A stretch of DNA of 64,000 bases from Candidatus Microgenomates bacterium (GTDB lineage: Bacteria; Patescibacteriota; JACPGU01), in the NCBI GenBank assembly GCA_016188915.1, contig JACPGU010000002.1, positions 11,388 through 75,387 on the forward strand, read 5' to 3'. Made by a program: the position numbers and the translations under genes. The notes beneath the pieces are model-generated. The model had not been told where the DNA came from. It searched no databases and worked only from the letters and a program-made list of their open reading frames with translations. Shown here in pieces: positions 27,135-37,372 of the stretch (positions are counted from its first letter, which is position 1; each line of letters begins with the position of its first letter).

Positions 27135-27899
27135 TTATTTTTCTAGCTCCAAAACTATCGGGCAATGATCCGACCCTATCACCTCCGGCCGGATATAACT
27201 TTTCTTCACCTTGTCTTTCAACTCACTGGATACCACAAAATAATCTATCCGCCAGCCGACATTGTTGGCCCGGGCATTGCCGAAATGGCTCCACCAAGTA
27301 TAGTGACCACCATCTTTTTCAAACAGACGAAAAGTATCAACATAACCGTGCTCTAAAAGTTTAGTGAACCAGCCTCGTTCTTCGTCGGTAAATCCCTTTT
27401 TTCCACGGTTAGCTTTGAAATTAGTCAGATCGATTTCTTCATGCGCCACATTGAAATCACCACAAATTATAATCGGTTTTTTCTCTCTTAGCTTTTCGCA
27501 GAATTTCAAAAGGTGATCATTGTATTTCATGCGAAATGGCAAGCGAGAGAGTTCGTCATTGGCGTTGGGGAAATAACAATTGAGCAAATAAAAGTCTTCA
27601 AACTCCGTAACGATAGTCCTCCCCTCTAAATCCGCATCGCTCCAACCAATACTATCAAATACCGATTGTGGCTTTTTTTTCGTATAAGTGACAACCCCGC
27701 TGTAACCTTTTTTCACCGAGGAAAAAGACCAGAAAGATTCATAGCCTTCTATATTAGAAAGAAACATGCCGACTTTTTCTGGTGTTACTTTGGTTTCCTG
27801 AAAACAATAGATGTCGGCTTTTTCAGATTTGATAAAATCAAGCAGCCCCGTCTTGACCGAGGAATTGATGCCATTGACATTCCAGCAGATAATTTTCAT
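27135..27899 (-). CDS. xthA: Exodeoxyribonuclease III (AP endonuclease)
   Basis: MKIICWNVNGI...CFQETK...GDFNVAH...SDHCPI. Confidence 0.9.
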   Translation of the reverse strand: MKIICWNVNGINSSVKTGLLDFIKSEKADIYCFQETKVTPEKVGMFLSNIEGYESFWSFSSVKKGYSGVVTYTKKKPQSVFDSIGWSDADLEGRTIVTEFEDFYLLNCYFPNANDELSRLPFRMKYNDHLLKFCEKLREKKPIIICGDFNVAHEEIDLTNFKANRGKKGFTDEERGWFTKLLEHGYVDTFRLFEKDGGHYTWWSHFGNARANNVGWRIDYFVVSSELKDKVKKSYIRPEVIGSDHCPIVLELEK

Positions 27900-27907
27900 G
27901 AGAGAGA

Positions 27908-28306
27908 TTACAAAATGAATGAAGCGATCATCAAAACTACAAAATTAATCGCGGAGAGCACGCACCAAGTGCAAAAGGCGCGGAGAACAAAAGCTTGAAT
28001 ATAAGTAAAGTATGTAGCGAAAAGAAAGCCGATAGTGATAGGAATCTCAAGCCACCAGAAGGGAGTGATACTATAAAAATACAAAATCGCCAAAACAAAA
28101 ATCACCAGATACATCACCAGTCCCGCCACGGAATTAGGGATACCAAAAGTTTTGCTGTATTTACTTTGCTGGACCCTGCGACACCACTCGGGCGGGAAAA
28201 AAATACAAGCCACTTCCGTCCCTTTGATTTTGTGATAGATCAAATAAAGAGTATCGGTAATGCCGATGATGGAAAATATAAAAATGAGAATAAGAGAGGT
28301 AGGCAT
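27908..28306 (-). CDS. Vitamin K epoxide reductase (VKOR)-family membrane protein
   Basis: 4-TM protein with loop cysteines (ACIFFPPEWC) and CTWC active-site CxxC. Confidence 0.6.
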   Translation of the reverse strand: MPTSLILIFIFSIIGITDTLYLIYHKIKGTEVACIFFPPEWCRRVQQSKYSKTFGIPNSVAGLVMYLVIFVLAILYFYSITPFWWLEIPITIGFLFATYFTYIQAFVLRAFCTWCVLSAINFVVLMIASFIL

Positions 28307-28354
28307 ACTGGAAATTTTTGATTGTTATTGTTTGAGGCTTTGATTATTTAGAAT

Positions 28355-31207
28355 TTAGGATTTAGGATTTAGAATTTCCTTCAGATATTTCCCGGTATAA
28401 CTCTCTTTTACTTTGGCTACTTCTTCCGGAGTCCCCTCGGCCATTATTCTTCCCCCATTATCTCCCCCTTCCGGGCCAAGGTCAAGAATCCAGTCGGCGC
28501 ATTTAATAACATCAAGATTGTGCTCAATGACCAAGATGCTGTTACCTTTATCCACCAAAGCCTGCAAAACATGGAGTAATCTTTTGATGTCGTCAAAATG
28601 CAACCCTGTCGTCGGCTCATCTAGAATATAGAGAGTTTTGCCGGTAGCGCGACGGGAAAGCTCGGTTGAAAGTTTTACTCTCTGCGCTTCACCGCCCGAC
28701 AAAGTGGTAGAAGATTGCCCTAATTTCATATAAGAAAGACCGACATCATTTAGGACTTGCAATTTTTGTTTGAGAGTCGGAATATTGGCAAAAAACTCCA
28801 GGGCTTCTTCCACCGTCATATTGAGCACATCAGCGATATTTTTGTCTTTGTAGAATATCTCTAGTACTTCTTTGTTATAACGCTGGCCATCGCATACTTC
28901 GCAGGTAACATAAACATCGGGCAAAAAATGCATTTCTATTTTGTTCACTCCATCGCCAGCGCAGGCCTCGCATCGACCACCCTTGACATTGAAGCTGAAA
29001 CGGCCATCTTTGTATCCCCTCGCCTTGGCGTCCTTTGTTTGGGCGAATATTTCTCTAATAATAGTGAAAATGCCCGTGTAGGTAGCGGGATTACTCCTAG
29101 GCGTTCGGCCGATCGGTGATTGGTCTATGTCTATCACTTTGTCTAGATTTTCTATACCTAAAATTTCTTTGCACTTGCCTGCTGTCTGTTGGGAATGATG
29201 ATATTCTGCCGCCAATTTTTTGGCAATGATTTCATTGACCAGTGATGATTTGCCAGAACCAGAGACACCTGTTACCGCGACAAAAAGACCTAGCGGGATC
29301 TCCGCTCTGATATTTTTCAAATTATTTTCTGCCGCTCCCACCACCACCAATTTTTTTCCATTGGGCTTTCGCCTTTTGAGAGGAGTGGCAATGAATAATT
29401 TTCCAGACAGATAGCGCCCCGTCAAAGACTTTGAATCTTTTTTTACTTGCGCCGGCGTGCCGGCCGATACCACTTTGCCTCCGTGCTCTCCGGCGCCCGG
29501 ACCAATATCTATCAGATAATCCGCCATTTCCATCACTTGTTCATCATGTTCTACCACAATGACCGTATTGTCCAAATCGCGCAGATTTTCTAAAGTTTTT
29601 ATCAATCTAGCGTTATCTCTTTGATGCAGCCCAATCGTCGGCTCATCCAATATATATAGAACACCGGTTAGCCCCGAACCGATTTGCGTAGCAAGACGGA
29701 TACGCTGCGCTTCGCCGCCTGATAATGTTGCCGCCGCCCTATCAATAGCCAAATACGAAAGACCAACATCATTCAAAAAAATCAGCCTAGCGATTATTTC
29801 TTTAATTATCTGTTTGGCAATAATTTTGTTTTTTTCAGATAATGTTTTCGGCAGTTTCTCAAAAAAAATCAGCGCCTTTTCTACTGTATCGCCAGACACT
29901 TCATCTATAGATCGTCCTCCAACCTTGATGCCTAATATCTCTTTTTTTAGTCTTTTGCCACCACATTCATCGCATATTTTCTCCCGCATGAATTTTTCTA
30001 TCTCTCGACGAACAATGTCGGAATCAGTTTCTTTGTAGCGCCTCTCGAGATTGCGCACTACTCCCTCATAGGTCATGGGATATTCATTGATACTGCCAAG
30101 CGTTGTTTTGTGACGATAAATATAAACATTATCACCTGTGCCATACATAATAATATCGCGAATTTTCTGTGAAAGAGTTGCTACCGGAGTATTGAGATCA
30201 AAACCATATTTTTTTCCTACTTGCTCCAAGACTTTTATATGCCAACCAGCATTAGTTGTAGTCCTAGACCACGGGCGAATCGCCCCTTCGGCGATAGTCA
30301 AGCGAGGGTTTGGCATAACTAAAGCTTCATCTATTTCTAATTTTTTCCCAAGCCCCGTGCATTTCAGACAAGCACCGTGAGGAGAATTAAAAGAAAAAAT
30401 ACGCGGAGATATTTCGGGCAGAGAGACACTGCATATCGGACAAGAAAAGTGTTCACTATATATTTTTTCTTTATTGTTATCAATATTGAGCACCGCGACA
30501 CTGCCAGAACTTTTGCGCAAAGATAATTCTACCGAATCACTCAAGCGTAGCCTCAATTCATCGCTTTTGGCATCTTCCATAATTATCCTATCAACCACTA
30601 TTTCAATAGTATGCTTTTTATTTTTGTCCAAAGAAATATTATCATCAATATCCATTATGGTGCCGTCTACGCGAACTCTGACGAAACCATCTTTTTTTAT
30701 CTTTTCCAAAATATGCCGATGCTCCCCTTTTTCACCATTGATCAAGGGAGCGAGAATCAAAAGTTTGCTTTTTTCTTTTTCTTGCAATATCTGTCCGACT
30801 ATTTCTGGCACACTTTGAGAAACTACCTGTCGGCCGCAGACTGGACAAAAAACATCACCGATATTGGCAAAAAGTAAGCGCAGATAATCATAAATCTCCG
30901 TTACTGTTCCAACCGTGGAACGCGGATTAGATGATGCGCTTTTTTGGTCAATAGAAATAGCCGGAGACAAGCCATCGATATGATCCACATCGGGTTTTTC
31001 CATCAGCCCCAAAAATTGCCGCGCGTACGAAGAGAGTGACTCCACATAGCGCCTTTGTCCCTCCGCGTATAGTGTGTCAAAGGCCAGTGATGATTTGCCC
31101 GAACCAGAAAGCCCCGTGATTACTACCAATTTGTTCCTCGGTATCTCCAGGGAGATATTTTTCAAATTGTGTTCGCGAGCGCCTTTGACAACGATTTTGT
31201 TCTGCAT
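28355..31207 (-). CDS. uvrA: Excinuclease ABC subunit A
   Basis: [45 protein letters not shown]; two ABC modules; Zn fingers. Confidence 0.95.
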   Translation of the reverse strand: MQNKIVVKGAREHNLKNISLEIPRNKLVVITGLSGSGKSSLAFDTLYAEGQRRYVESLSSYARQFLGLMEKPDVDHIDGLSPAISIDQKSASSNPRSTVGTVTEIYDYLRLLFANIGDVFCPVCGRQVVSQSVPEIVGQILQEKEKSKLLILAPLINGEKGEHRHILEKIKKDGFVRVRVDGTIMDIDDNISLDKNKKHTIEIVVDRIIMEDAKSDELRLRLSDSVELSLRKSSGSVAVLNIDNNKEKIYSEHFSCPICSVSLPEISPRIFSFNSPHGACLKCTGLGKKLEIDEALVMPNPRLTIAEGAIRPWSRTTTNAGWHIKVLEQVGKKYGFDLNTPVATLSQKIRDIIMYGTGDNVYIYRHKTTLGSINEYPMTYEGVVRNLERRYKETDSDIVRREIEKFMREKICDECGGKRLKKEILGIKVGGRSIDEVSGDTVEKALIFFEKLPKTLSEKNKIIAKQIIKEIIARLIFLNDVGLSYLAIDRAAATLSGGEAQRIRLATQIGSGLTGVLYILDEPTIGLHQRDNARLIKTLENLRDLDNTVIVVEHDEQVMEMADYLIDIGPGAGEHGGKVVSAGTPAQVKKDSKSLTGRYLSGKLFIATPLKRRKPNGKKLVVVGAAENNLKNIRAEIPLGLFVAVTGVSGSGKSSLVNEIIAKKLAAEYHHSQQTAGKCKEILGIENLDKVIDIDQSPIGRTPRSNPATYTGIFTIIREIFAQTKDAKARGYKDGRFSFNVKGGRCEACAGDGVNKIEMHFLPDVYVTCEVCDGQRYNKEVLEIFYKDKNIADVLNMTVEEALEFFANIPTLKQKLQVLNDVGLSYMKLGQSSTTLSGGEAQRVKLSTELSRRATGKTLYILDEPTTGLHFDDIKRLLHVLQALVDKGNSILVIEHNLDVIKCADWILDLGPEGGDNGGRIMAEGTPEEVAKVKESYTGKYLKEILNPKS

Positions 31208-31249
31208 AGCAATAAATAGTTATTGTTAGCGCTTTTCCAATTCAATCTA

Positions 31250-31278
31250 TTATACTCGCCTGTCAAGATATTCTCAAG
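31250..31278 (-). promoter_or_regulatory. Candidate uvrA promoter (TTGAGA-N17-TATAAT on minus strand)
   Basis: Read from the reverse complement of the divergent intergenic region. Confidence 0.35.
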
Positions 31279-31344
31279 TATTTGTTTTTCTTTTGTTTCA
31301 ACGAAAATAGTGGTATAATATGAAAAATACTATTAATCTTTCCT

Positions 31345-31746
31345 ATGGCCTTATTCAAAAAAAGAGAGCTTTTGGCGCAAGTCGCTCACGCCGAAACCAT
31401 AGTGGGAGGTGGCGTCACTTTGTCTGGAAAAATAGAGGCGAAACATAATATCCAAATCAATGGGACATTCTCTGGAGAGATTGTTGCCGAAGGAGATGTA
31501 ATCGTCGGATCGGATGGTGAAGTGAATGCTCCCATCAATGCTAAAAATGCCACTATCGCCGGCACAGTTAACGGCAATGTGAATGTCGTTAATGAATTGG
31601 ACATCCTCTCTACTGGAAAAATTTTTGGCGATATCTCTGCCAAAACGCTCTCTGTCAAATCTGGAGGTATTTTGTCCGGACGCTCCATAATGCACGGAAA
31701 GATAGAAGATCAAAAAATAGTAAAACCAACTTACGAGACAGAGTAA
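31345..31746 (+). CDS. Bactofilin (polymer-forming cytoskeletal protein, DUF583)
   Basis: Repetitive beta-helix pattern GEIVAEGDVIVGSDGEVNAPINAKNATIAGTVNGNVNV. Confidence 0.7.
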   Translation: MALFKKRELLAQVAHAETIVGGGVTLSGKIEAKHNIQINGTFSGEIVAEGDVIVGSDGEVNAPINAKNATIAGTVNGNVNVVNELDILSTGKIFGDISAKTLSVKSGGILSGRSIMHGKIEDQKIVKPTYETE

Positions 31747-31775
31747 GCTAATAATTTTAATTATTTTAATCTCCA

Positions 31776-32600
31776 ATGAATTTATATTTATTCAATCCGG
31801 AGGCTCGTCGCGGTCGGGCCAAAAAATTAGAGCCAAAGATAAAACAATATTTGATTGATTTAGGCGCCACTGGAGAATTTATCAATTTAGCAAAAAAGGG
31901 GGATGCTGGTAAGGCGATAAAAGAAGCCAAAAAGAAAGGTACCGATACATTAGTCGCCATCGGTGGTGATGGTTTGCTATATCAAATCATCCAAGAAATA
32001 GCTCATGAAAAAATAAATCTTGGCGTTATCCCTATCGGCCACAGCAATCTTCTTGCTCATTTTCTGGGCATTGATTCTTGGCAAACCGGTTGCGAGTCTT
32101 TGGTAAAAGGCTATGTTGCCAAAATAAGCCTGGGCGTAGTAGGTGGTCGCTACTTTACTTCTTCTGTAGAGATAGAGAGTCGAGAGCGGAATAAGAAAAA
32201 AATGCTAGGCCTAATCCCTATCCCATCCGCCATACAATATCTACCAGCTACCGTTATCATCAATTCAGAAAATGGGAAATTAAAATTACAATCCAACATC
32301 GCCTCTATCTCTGTCATCTCTTCTTCGTTGATAAAAAAAGTCAGTGGCAAAGAAGACGATGGGAATGAAGACGAGGAATTGAGTATTTTTATAAAAAGTA
32401 AACCCCTGCACTCAAAAAAAAGAGCGAAAGAAGAGCTAACTGTGCTAAGAGGGAATTCCCTGGAAATAAAATCTGAATCAGTTTTTTATATCAAAGCCGA
32501 TGGTGAACCAGCTGGCAAAACCCCCATCAAGATCAGCATAGACAAACAATGCCTACGCGTCATAGCCCCTCAAAAAGACTTGGATATTGATAAGACCTGA
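31776..32600 (+). CDS. Diacylglycerol-kinase-family lipid kinase (YegS/BmrU-like)
   Basis: NPEARRGRA ... VAIGGDGLLYQII (DAGK catalytic motif GGDG). Confidence 0.6.
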   Translation: MNLYLFNPEARRGRAKKLEPKIKQYLIDLGATGEFINLAKKGDAGKAIKEAKKKGTDTLVAIGGDGLLYQIIQEIAHEKINLGVIPIGHSNLLAHFLGIDSWQTGCESLVKGYVAKISLGVVGGRYFTSSVEIESRERNKKKMLGLIPIPSAIQYLPATVIINSENGKLKLQSNIASISVISSSLIKKVSGKEDDGNEDEELSIFIKSKPLHSKKRAKEELTVLRGNSLEIKSESVFYIKADGEPAGKTPIKISIDKQCLRVIAPQKDLDIDKT

Positions 32601-32653
32601 TTTTTATGCTACAATCTGATTTGTCCTAGAAAAATAATTATCAAAAATATTTA

Positions 32654-33181
32654 GTGAATACGCCAAAAAACAAACTGCACAGAAAAAATGAAGATATAAA
32701 AGTGCCTTTTGTTGTCTTAATCACAGACACCGGAGAAAAAAAAGACAAAATCCCTACAAGGGAGGCTCTGGAGATGGCTTATGATCGTGGCATGGATCTG
32801 GTCTTAGTAGCAGATACTACCACTCCCCCTATCGCCAAAATCATGGATTGGGGCAAATACAAATACGAGCAAACAAAAAAAGAGCAGCAAAATCGCAAAG
32901 CTCAAAAAATAGCCGAAATAAAAGAAATCCGCCTCCGTCCCAAAACAGGAACACACGATCTAGAGGTAAAGATGGGAAAAATAAAAGAATTTTTAGCAAA
33001 GGGACACAAAGTAAAAATATCAATGGTTTTTCGTGGTCGTGAAGCGATGTATCTAGACAAAGGCAAAGAAAATCTGAAAAAGCTCATCGCCGATATCGCC
33101 AATATTGCTCAGCCAGAATCATATCCATCGTATCAATTCAAAAGACTATCGGTCACTCTCATACCAATCAAAAAAAATTAA
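32654..33181 (+). CDS. infC: Translation initiation factor IF-3
   Basis: DLVLVADTTTPPIAKIMDWGKYKYE...ISMVFRGREAMY; followed by rpmI-rplT. Confidence 0.85.
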   Translation: MNTPKNKLHRKNEDIKVPFVVLITDTGEKKDKIPTREALEMAYDRGMDLVLVADTTTPPIAKIMDWGKYKYEQTKKEQQNRKAQKIAEIKEIRLRPKTGTHDLEVKMGKIKEFLAKGHKVKISMVFRGREAMYLDKGKENLKKLIADIANIAQPESYPSYQFKRLSVTLIPIKKN

Positions 33182-33233
33182 GTTAAGCAGACATTCGCGA
33201 AAATTATAAAAAAATCTGTGAGGATTAGCGACC

Positions 33234-33428
33234 ATGAAATTAAAGACCAAAAAATCATTAGCTAAAAGAATCAAAATAACCAAGACTGGTAAGCTGAAAA
33301 AAAGACGCACTCATCAGTCACATTTGATGTGGAAAAAATCAAAGAAAAGAAAAAGAAAGATGGCCAAAACTCAAACTATATTCAAAGGTGAGTCTCAGAC
33401 CATTCGCCGACTACTACCTTATTCTTAA
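33234..33428 (+). CDS. rpmI: 50S ribosomal protein L35
   Basis: MKLKTKKSLAKRIKITKTGKLKKRRTHQSHL. Confidence 0.9.
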   Translation: MKLKTKKSLAKRIKITKTGKLKKRRTHQSHLMWKKSKKRKRKMAKTQTIFKGESQTIRRLLPYS

Positions 33429-33463
33429 TTTTTTAATTTCTTAATTTATTAATTTATTAGACC

Positions 33464-33808
33464 ATGCCAAGAGTAAAAAGAGCTGTTATCGCTAAGAAAA
33501 AACATAAGAAACTGCGCGCCCGAGCTCGTGGGCGTCGGCTTTTAAATAGAACTACTATCAAAAGAGCTCGCCAGATGGATTTGAAATCTGGGGTCAAGGC
33601 TTACGCTGATAGAAAAGTTAAAAAGCGCACTATGCGCGCTCTTTGGAATATCAGAATCAATGCTGGCTTGAGACCCTTGGGGCTCACTTATTCTAGATTC
33701 ATTAATCTTTTGAAAAAAGCCAATGTAGAAATCGACAGAAAAGTATTATCGCAACTCGCAAAAGACCATCCGGAAATTTTTGCGAAAGTGGTAGAAAAAG
33801 TGAGTTAA
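33464..33808 (+). CDS. rplT: 50S ribosomal protein L20
   Basis: MPRVKRAVIAKKKHKKL...ADRKVKKRTMRALWNIRINAG. Confidence 0.95.
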   Translation: MPRVKRAVIAKKKHKKLRARARGRRLLNRTTIKRARQMDLKSGVKAYADRKVKKRTMRALWNIRINAGLRPLGLTYSRFINLLKKANVEIDRKVLSQLAKDHPEIFAKVVEKVS

Positions 33809-33822
33809 AAAAAATTGAGTAT

Positions 33823-33855
33823 TAAAAAATCCCGCCTTTTTGGCGGGATTTTTAC
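33823..33855. terminator. Bidirectional terminator AATCCCGCC-ttttt-GGCGGGATT between convergent rplT and secA
   Basis: Read directly. Confidence 0.7.
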
Positions 33856-33871
33856 TTTCATAGATTTCGTT

Positions 33872-36613
33872 CTATCCTCCATGACATTTTTTGTATTTTT
33901 TGCCGCTCCCGCATGGACAGGGATCGTTGCGACCGATATTTTTTTTGTCCATCTTTCCTACTGTATTGTCTTGATTATTTTCTTCTTTTTGATTATTTTG
34001 ATTACTAGAATTTGTTTGTGTTTTGTGATTTGTGTTTTGTGATTTTTCTATTTGTATTTTAAAAAACATTTTAGCAAAGTTACTATCTACCAAAGACTGT
34101 AATTGCTGAAACATATTATATGACCTGTGTTTGTATTCCACTAAAGGATTCTTTTGCCCATAGCCGACCAAGCCTATAGATGTGCGCAAATGGTTCATTT
34201 CTGTCAAATGTTGTACCCAGAACATATCAATTATTCTCAGAAAAAGATATCGCAAAACTCCTTTTGTCTCTTCTCCGAACTCTTCTATTTTTTGAGAAAA
34301 TCTTTGGTCTGTTATCGGTGCCAATTTTTGTTCCATCTCAAAGCCATCTCTTGAGGAATCTAGATCTTTCTGCTCAAGGCCTAATGGCAGTGGAGAAAAA
34401 ATAGCGTTCAATGTTTCTACTATTTCTTTTGTGTTCCAAGATTCTCTATCCCCGATACTATTGCGATGAATGATATCAACCACTTCTTTTTGTATTACAA
34501 ATTTAGCCTTTTCTTGTAATTCGACGGACTGTCCGCTCAAATCATCTTGTCCTTTCAAAATAGCGTCTCTCCTGGAATATATGGCGGCACGCTGACGATT
34601 CATTACATCGTCATACTCCAAAACATGTTTTCTAATATCAAAATTATGCCCTTCTACTTTTTTCTGCGCTGTCTCAATGGCACTGGAAACTATTTTATTT
34701 TCTATTGGCTGGTCGTCTGGGATGCCTAGAGTGTCCATCATTTTTTTGATCCTTTCAGCGCCGAATATTCTCATCAAATCATCTTCCATAGAAATAAAAA
34801 ATTGAGAAAAGCCAGGATCTCCCTGACGGCCAGAACGCCCTCGCAGTTGATTGTCAATCCTTCGAGATTCGTGTCTTTCCGTGCCAAAAACGCACAATCC
34901 TCCCAAGTCCCTTACTTCATTAGCTTTTCCCTCGTCATAGGGATGCCCTCCTAAAATAATATCCACACCTCTTCCCGCCATATTGGTAGCGATAGTGACT
35001 GCTCCTTTTGCTCCCGCTTGAGCGATGATGGTAGCCTCTCTTTCGTGTTGCTTGGCATTCAAAACTTCGTGGGGAACGCCATTTATTTTTAAAAGATGCG
35101 AGAGTAATTCATTTTTTTCTATAGAAATAGTACCTACCAAAACAGGCTGACCAATCTCATTGCGCTTTTTTATTTCCTCTACCAAAGCCTTGAATTTACC
35201 AGTTTCATTTTTGAATATTTTGTCACCCGAATCTTTTCTGACAGTTTTTTTATTGGTGGGAATTTCAACAACATCCAATTTATATATGCTAAAAAATTCT
35301 TCGCTTTCTGTCATCGCCGTCCCAGTCATACCGGCTAGTTTATCGTATAATCTGAAATAATTTTGAAAAGTGATAGTAGCTAATGTCACACTTTCTTTTT
35401 TTATTTCAACGTTTTCTTTAGCTTCAATCGCTTGATGCAACCCTTCAGAATATCTACGCCCAAACATCAATCTGCCCGTAAATTCATCTACGATAATGAT
35501 TTCGCCATCCTTGATGACATAGTCGCGATCTTTTTTGAAAAGAACATGCGCTTTTAGCGCTTGCTCCAAATGATGGGCCAATTCCACACCTTTATCGTAA
35601 AGATTGTCCATCCCCAAAAGATTTTCCATTTTCTTTATTCCCTCATCAGTCAAAGAAACTGCCCGTAATTTTTCATCAACATTATAGTCAGTATTTTCTA
35701 AAAGAGTAGGGATAAGCCCCGCGAATTTGCGATATAAATCTCCAGATTCTTCGGCGGGAGCGGAGATAATCAGAGGCGTTCTTGCTTCATCAACCAAAAT
35801 AGAATCCACTTCGTCAATGACAGCGTAATAAAGATCGCGCTGAACTTTGGCCGCGATATCAGGAGCCATATTATCTCTCAAATAGTCAAAGCCAAATTCA
35901 TTATTAGTGCCATAAGTAATGTCTGCCAAATAGGCTTGCCTGCGACTCGTCTCTTGCAAATTTTGCGATTCTACTTCTATTTGCTGATCGGAAGTTTCTT
36001 CTATTTTTTTTCTTTCTTGATCAAAATTTATCAAAAAAGAATGATCATGCACTATCACCCCCACGCTCAAGCCTAAAAAATCAAAAATCCTACCCATCCA
36101 TTCGGCATCTCTTTTTGCCAAATAATCATTTACTGTCACGACATGCACTCCTCTACCTAATAAAGCGTTCAAATAAATAGGCAAAGTTGAAACAAGAGTT
36201 TTTCCTTCGCCTGTTTTCATCTCGGCGATTTTCCCCTGATGTAGGATTATTCCCCCAATCATCTGAACATCAAAATGCCGCATCAAAAGAACTCTCCTGG
36301 AGGCTTCCCTAACAAGAGCGTAGGCTTCCGGTAGTATTTCTTGTAAGATTTTTTGCTGTTTTTTATATAAATTAGTTTTTTGAGAATCTTTGCTAGAATC
36401 GCCAAATTGTTCTTCCAGCTCATCTTTCCTCTTTTCATCAATCGTCAGATATCGCGATATTCTATCTTTGAATTCTTGCGTTTTCGCGCGCAAAGATTCG
36501 TCCGACAAATCTTGGAGCAATTTTTCATAAGCTCCTATTTTCACCAAAAAAGGATTAATTTTTTTGATCTGTTTTTTACTAGGGTCTCCTAATATTTTTA
36601 TCCAAATCGACAT
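33872..36613 (-). CDS. secA: Preprotein translocase ATPase SecA
   Basis: 913 aa; DEAD motor motifs; C-terminal Zn-binding CPCGSGKKYKKCHG. Confidence 0.95.
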   Translation of the reverse strand: MSIWIKILGDPSKKQIKKINPFLVKIGAYEKLLQDLSDESLRAKTQEFKDRISRYLTIDEKRKDELEEQFGDSSKDSQKTNLYKKQQKILQEILPEAYALVREASRRVLLMRHFDVQMIGGIILHQGKIAEMKTGEGKTLVSTLPIYLNALLGRGVHVVTVNDYLAKRDAEWMGRIFDFLGLSVGVIVHDHSFLINFDQERKKIEETSDQQIEVESQNLQETSRRQAYLADITYGTNNEFGFDYLRDNMAPDIAAKVQRDLYYAVIDEVDSILVDEARTPLIISAPAEESGDLYRKFAGLIPTLLENTDYNVDEKLRAVSLTDEGIKKMENLLGMDNLYDKGVELAHHLEQALKAHVLFKKDRDYVIKDGEIIIVDEFTGRLMFGRRYSEGLHQAIEAKENVEIKKESVTLATITFQNYFRLYDKLAGMTGTAMTESEEFFSIYKLDVVEIPTNKKTVRKDSGDKIFKNETGKFKALVEEIKKRNEIGQPVLVGTISIEKNELLSHLLKINGVPHEVLNAKQHEREATIIAQAGAKGAVTIATNMAGRGVDIILGGHPYDEGKANEVRDLGGLCVFGTERHESRRIDNQLRGRSGRQGDPGFSQFFISMEDDLMRIFGAERIKKMMDTLGIPDDQPIENKIVSSAIETAQKKVEGHNFDIRKHVLEYDDVMNRQRAAIYSRRDAILKGQDDLSGQSVELQEKAKFVIQKEVVDIIHRNSIGDRESWNTKEIVETLNAIFSPLPLGLEQKDLDSSRDGFEMEQKLAPITDQRFSQKIEEFGEETKGVLRYLFLRIIDMFWVQHLTEMNHLRTSIGLVGYGQKNPLVEYKHRSYNMFQQLQSLVDSNFAKMFFKIQIEKSQNTNHKTQTNSSNQNNQKEENNQDNTVGKMDKKNIGRNDPCPCGSGKKYKKCHGG

Positions 36614-36670
36614 AAAAACTAAATTATTGATACCATATCTATATTATCAAAAAATAGTCCCTCTAACAAG

Positions 36671-36696
36671 AAAAAGGGGCTTTTGCCCCTTTTGTT
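36671..36696. terminator. Hairpin terminator GGGGC-tttt-GCCCC with flanking A/T runs
   Basis: Downstream of the hpf stop. Confidence 0.6.
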
Positions 36697-36708
36697 GTCC
36701 TGACGGTC

Positions 36709-37254
36709 TTAGCTTTCTATCAGCCCATATCCGCCATCTTTTCTTTTATAGACCAAAGCCTGTTTATTGCTAAGAGCATTGATAAAAATATAAAAATCGT
36801 GTCCCAAAAGTTCCATATTGGCTACCGCTTCTTCTTCCGTAATGGGAGTACCGAGATCTATTTTTTTTCTTTTTACTATGCTTTCTGCTTGGCTGTAGGT
36901 GATGCCTGGGTCTAGGGCTTCTGATTTTAAATCTTTTTTGCGATTTCTTATGAATTTTCTTTTTGCATCGCGAATCTTTCTTTCTATTTTTTCCTGCACG
37001 ATATCTATCGCCTCGTACATTTCGCCTGCTGTTTCTTCACAGCGTATTTTTGCACCGGCCAAAATTAACATTACTTCTACTTTTGCCTTGGGGGCACCTT
37101 TGCTACTGCCCTTACCGGAATAAGACAGCCCAACATCGCAAGATATAACATCCGATGTAGCTAAATAGTTATCCAATTTGTTCATTTTTTGTTGGACATA
37201 GGACTTGATGGCTTCCGTCAACTCAAAATTTTTACCAGAAATTGAAATTTGCAT
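36709..37254 (-). CDS. hpf: Ribosome hibernation promoting factor (long form)
   Basis: MQISISGKNFELTEAIKSYV... plus C-terminal dimerisation domain. Confidence 0.85.
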   Translation of the reverse strand: MQISISGKNFELTEAIKSYVQQKMNKLDNYLATSDVISCDVGLSYSGKGSSKGAPKAKVEVMLILAGAKIRCEETAGEMYEAIDIVQEKIERKIRDAKRKFIRNRKKDLKSEALDPGITYSQAESIVKRKKIDLGTPITEEEAVANMELLGHDFYIFINALSNKQALVYKRKDGGYGLIES

Positions 37255-37259
37255 GTTGT

Positions 37260-37364
37260 AAAATTTTTAATTTTATAATTTTTAATTTTTAAATAATTTT
37301 CTAATTTCTAATGTTTAAAAATTTAGTAAATTATAATTTGTTTATAAAATTACAAAATTAAAAA
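37260..37364. repeat. AT-rich MITE-like intergenic element, copy 3 (full length, terminal inverted repeats)
   Basis: Left arm aaaatttttaattttataatttttaattttt; right arm aaaattacaaaattaaaaattcaaaaatt. Confidence 0.6.
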
Positions 37365-37372
37365 TTCAAAAA

